DNA from: Amphiscolops sp. MND2022
Taxonomy: Eukaryota
Length of the DNA stretch: 64,000 bases
Assembly: GCA_964187785.1 (NCBI GenBank)
Contig: OZ076409.1
Location: 69,318,001-69,382,000 of the forward strand
Direction of reading: 5' to 3'
The notes below the pieces were generated by a model, which was not told the origin of the DNA, did no database searches, and saw only the letters and a program-made list of their open reading frames with translations. Below, one piece after another: positions 62,450 to 64,000 of the stretch (the first letter of the stretch is position 1; each line of letters starts with the position of its first letter). The position numbers and the translations under genes were made by a program.

Positions 62450-64000
62450 CTAATATCTGTATTTGTCGGTGAAGTTGGGGGTGGGGTTAGGTCGTAGGTT
62501 ATATTTTCCTCCCCTGGGGCTTTCGTTTTCTACAATCATATCGTCTTCATCATCTAATACTTCGGGCACGATAGTATCACTCCCTCCTGACGATTGTTGA
62601 TAATCAATCCCATCATTTATGCGTTCTGAACGTGTTTTTTCAAGCGGAGCGAATTCATCATTTTCGTGTGGCCCGGTGGACCTAAGGTCCACGTCGGTGA
62701 AAATTTCGTCTGGCGCTCTGGCGTCATTTTCTTGAGGCCCGGTGGACGTAACGTCCACGTCGGTGGAAATTTCGTCCAGCGCTCTGGTATTGTTTGCGTT
62801 ATCATTAGAAGTGTCTTGCGCTTCTCGACATGTAGGAATTGCGGTTTCTCCAGTGGAATTTGGAAATTCACCAAAATTGGTATCCCAAGTGATTACATAT
62901 AGGTCATCTTGCGGAATAATAATTTCATCGTCCGGTTGCAAACTCCCTTCCGGTCTGGTGTCCTGTAGGACTGTGTTCGGTTCATATTTGCGTAGTCTGA
63001 TGCGGTGTAAAATTTGCGTTTTGTTTGAATTCAGTTTTCTGACTATATTGTTTTCATTTGGCAAGACTTTTTCTACAATATAGGGTCCTGTCCATCTGTA
63101 TTCGCGAAATGGAATTTTCGATCCCTGGTGGTCGGCGATAGGTTGCAGTATAAAACAGTAGTCGTTCTGTTTCAAGGGGGCCGCTTTGGCCTTCCGGTCG
63201 TAATTTTCTTTGTACTTCAAATAGGATTGCATAATGTTTTTCTTTGTTGAATCAAGCAAAATTTGCGTCCGGCGCTGAAATTCATCTGCAAAGTCTGTAG
63301 TTGGTAGGACTTTCGGGTTTGGATTAAGGCCCAACTTGTGATCCAATATATTATACGGAATTCGTCCGTGAAATATTCTAGATGGTTCACAACCTAGGGT
63401 AGCGTGATAGGTCGTATTATAATTTAATACGGCTAAAGGCAAATATTTGTGCCACTGTCGCCTGTAGTCCCCTGAGGCCATCTTGAGGTTTGTTTTGAGA
63501 CTGGCATGGGTACGTTCTAATTTGCCAATTGTTTGCGGGTGTTTTGTAGTTGCGCATTTTATGTGAATTCCGAGAGTTTGAGCTACTTCGGCGACCAGTC
63601 TGGACGTAAAAGCCGTCCCTTTATCCGTGATCAAGGTAGTAGGCAAATAGGTATGTTTGGTCATTATGTCTATAATAACCTTTGCCGTGTTTGTGGCCGA
63701 AGCGTCAGTAACTGGATATGCAAAAAGATATCTTGAAAACACATCCATTGCAGTTATGATGTTTTCATAACCTCCGCTGGGGAGCAGGTTCGGTAACAAA
63801 TCAATTTGCATTCATCTTCCGGACCTAAGTCCCATTCAGGCAAGTTAAGCAATTCGGGAGTTATAGATGAGTTTGGGACTCTTTTATCTTTAATGCAAAT
63901 TTCGCATCCTTGAACCCATTTTTTAACAAGTTTTGCGATGCCAGGGTAGTAATATTTTTGGCGAATTTCGACGAGCATCTTGGATTTTCCAGGGTGTTTT
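62450..64000 (-). pseudogene. pol: Integrase end of pol, second tandem copy (partial)
   Basis: Near-identical to 48103-49654; frameshift near 63812. Confidence 0.95.

Larger units (their letters stand above)
45898..64000 (-). mobile_element. Head-to-tail array of a large (~14.35-kb) Ty3/Gypsy element with accessory genes; runs off the window
   Basis: 46155-49654 is repeated at 60505-63999 (offset ~14350) with scattered differences; gag-pol on minus, accessory ORFs on both strands. Confidence 0.92.

Overview
AT-rich eukaryotic (animal) genomic DNA dominated by transposable elements, with one host gene. The host gene is a multi-exon, minus-strand cadherin-domain transmembrane gene (exons traced between ~14.7 and ~36.4 kb using GT/AG sites; phases are contiguous from 24167 to 14674). 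Mobile DNA includes a young, complete but disabled Mag-like Ty3/Gypsy element (8695-14016; 208-bp LTRs, AAGAG TSD), an older relative inside a cadherin intron (~25222-30135, minus), four families of non-autonomous CCC...GGG DNA transposons with 2-bp TSDs, a decayed LINE, tRNA-derived SINE remnants and a perfect 358-bp palindrome. The most unusual object is the last 18 kb: a head-to-tail repeated ~14.35-kb Ty3/Gypsy unit. Besides gag-pol it carries (i) an antisense, intron-containing gene that looks like a captured, catalytically altered hAT-transposase/BED-finger protein, (ii) an orphan CxxC ORF and (iii) a recurring palindromic RGACS-N3-SGTCC motif. Its left end has no LTR or TSD; it is a chimera of a gag fragment, a ~79-nt 28S rRNA fragment and element sequence, suggesting reverse-transcriptase template jumps. 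All family calls come from motif recognition by eye; no database searches were run.
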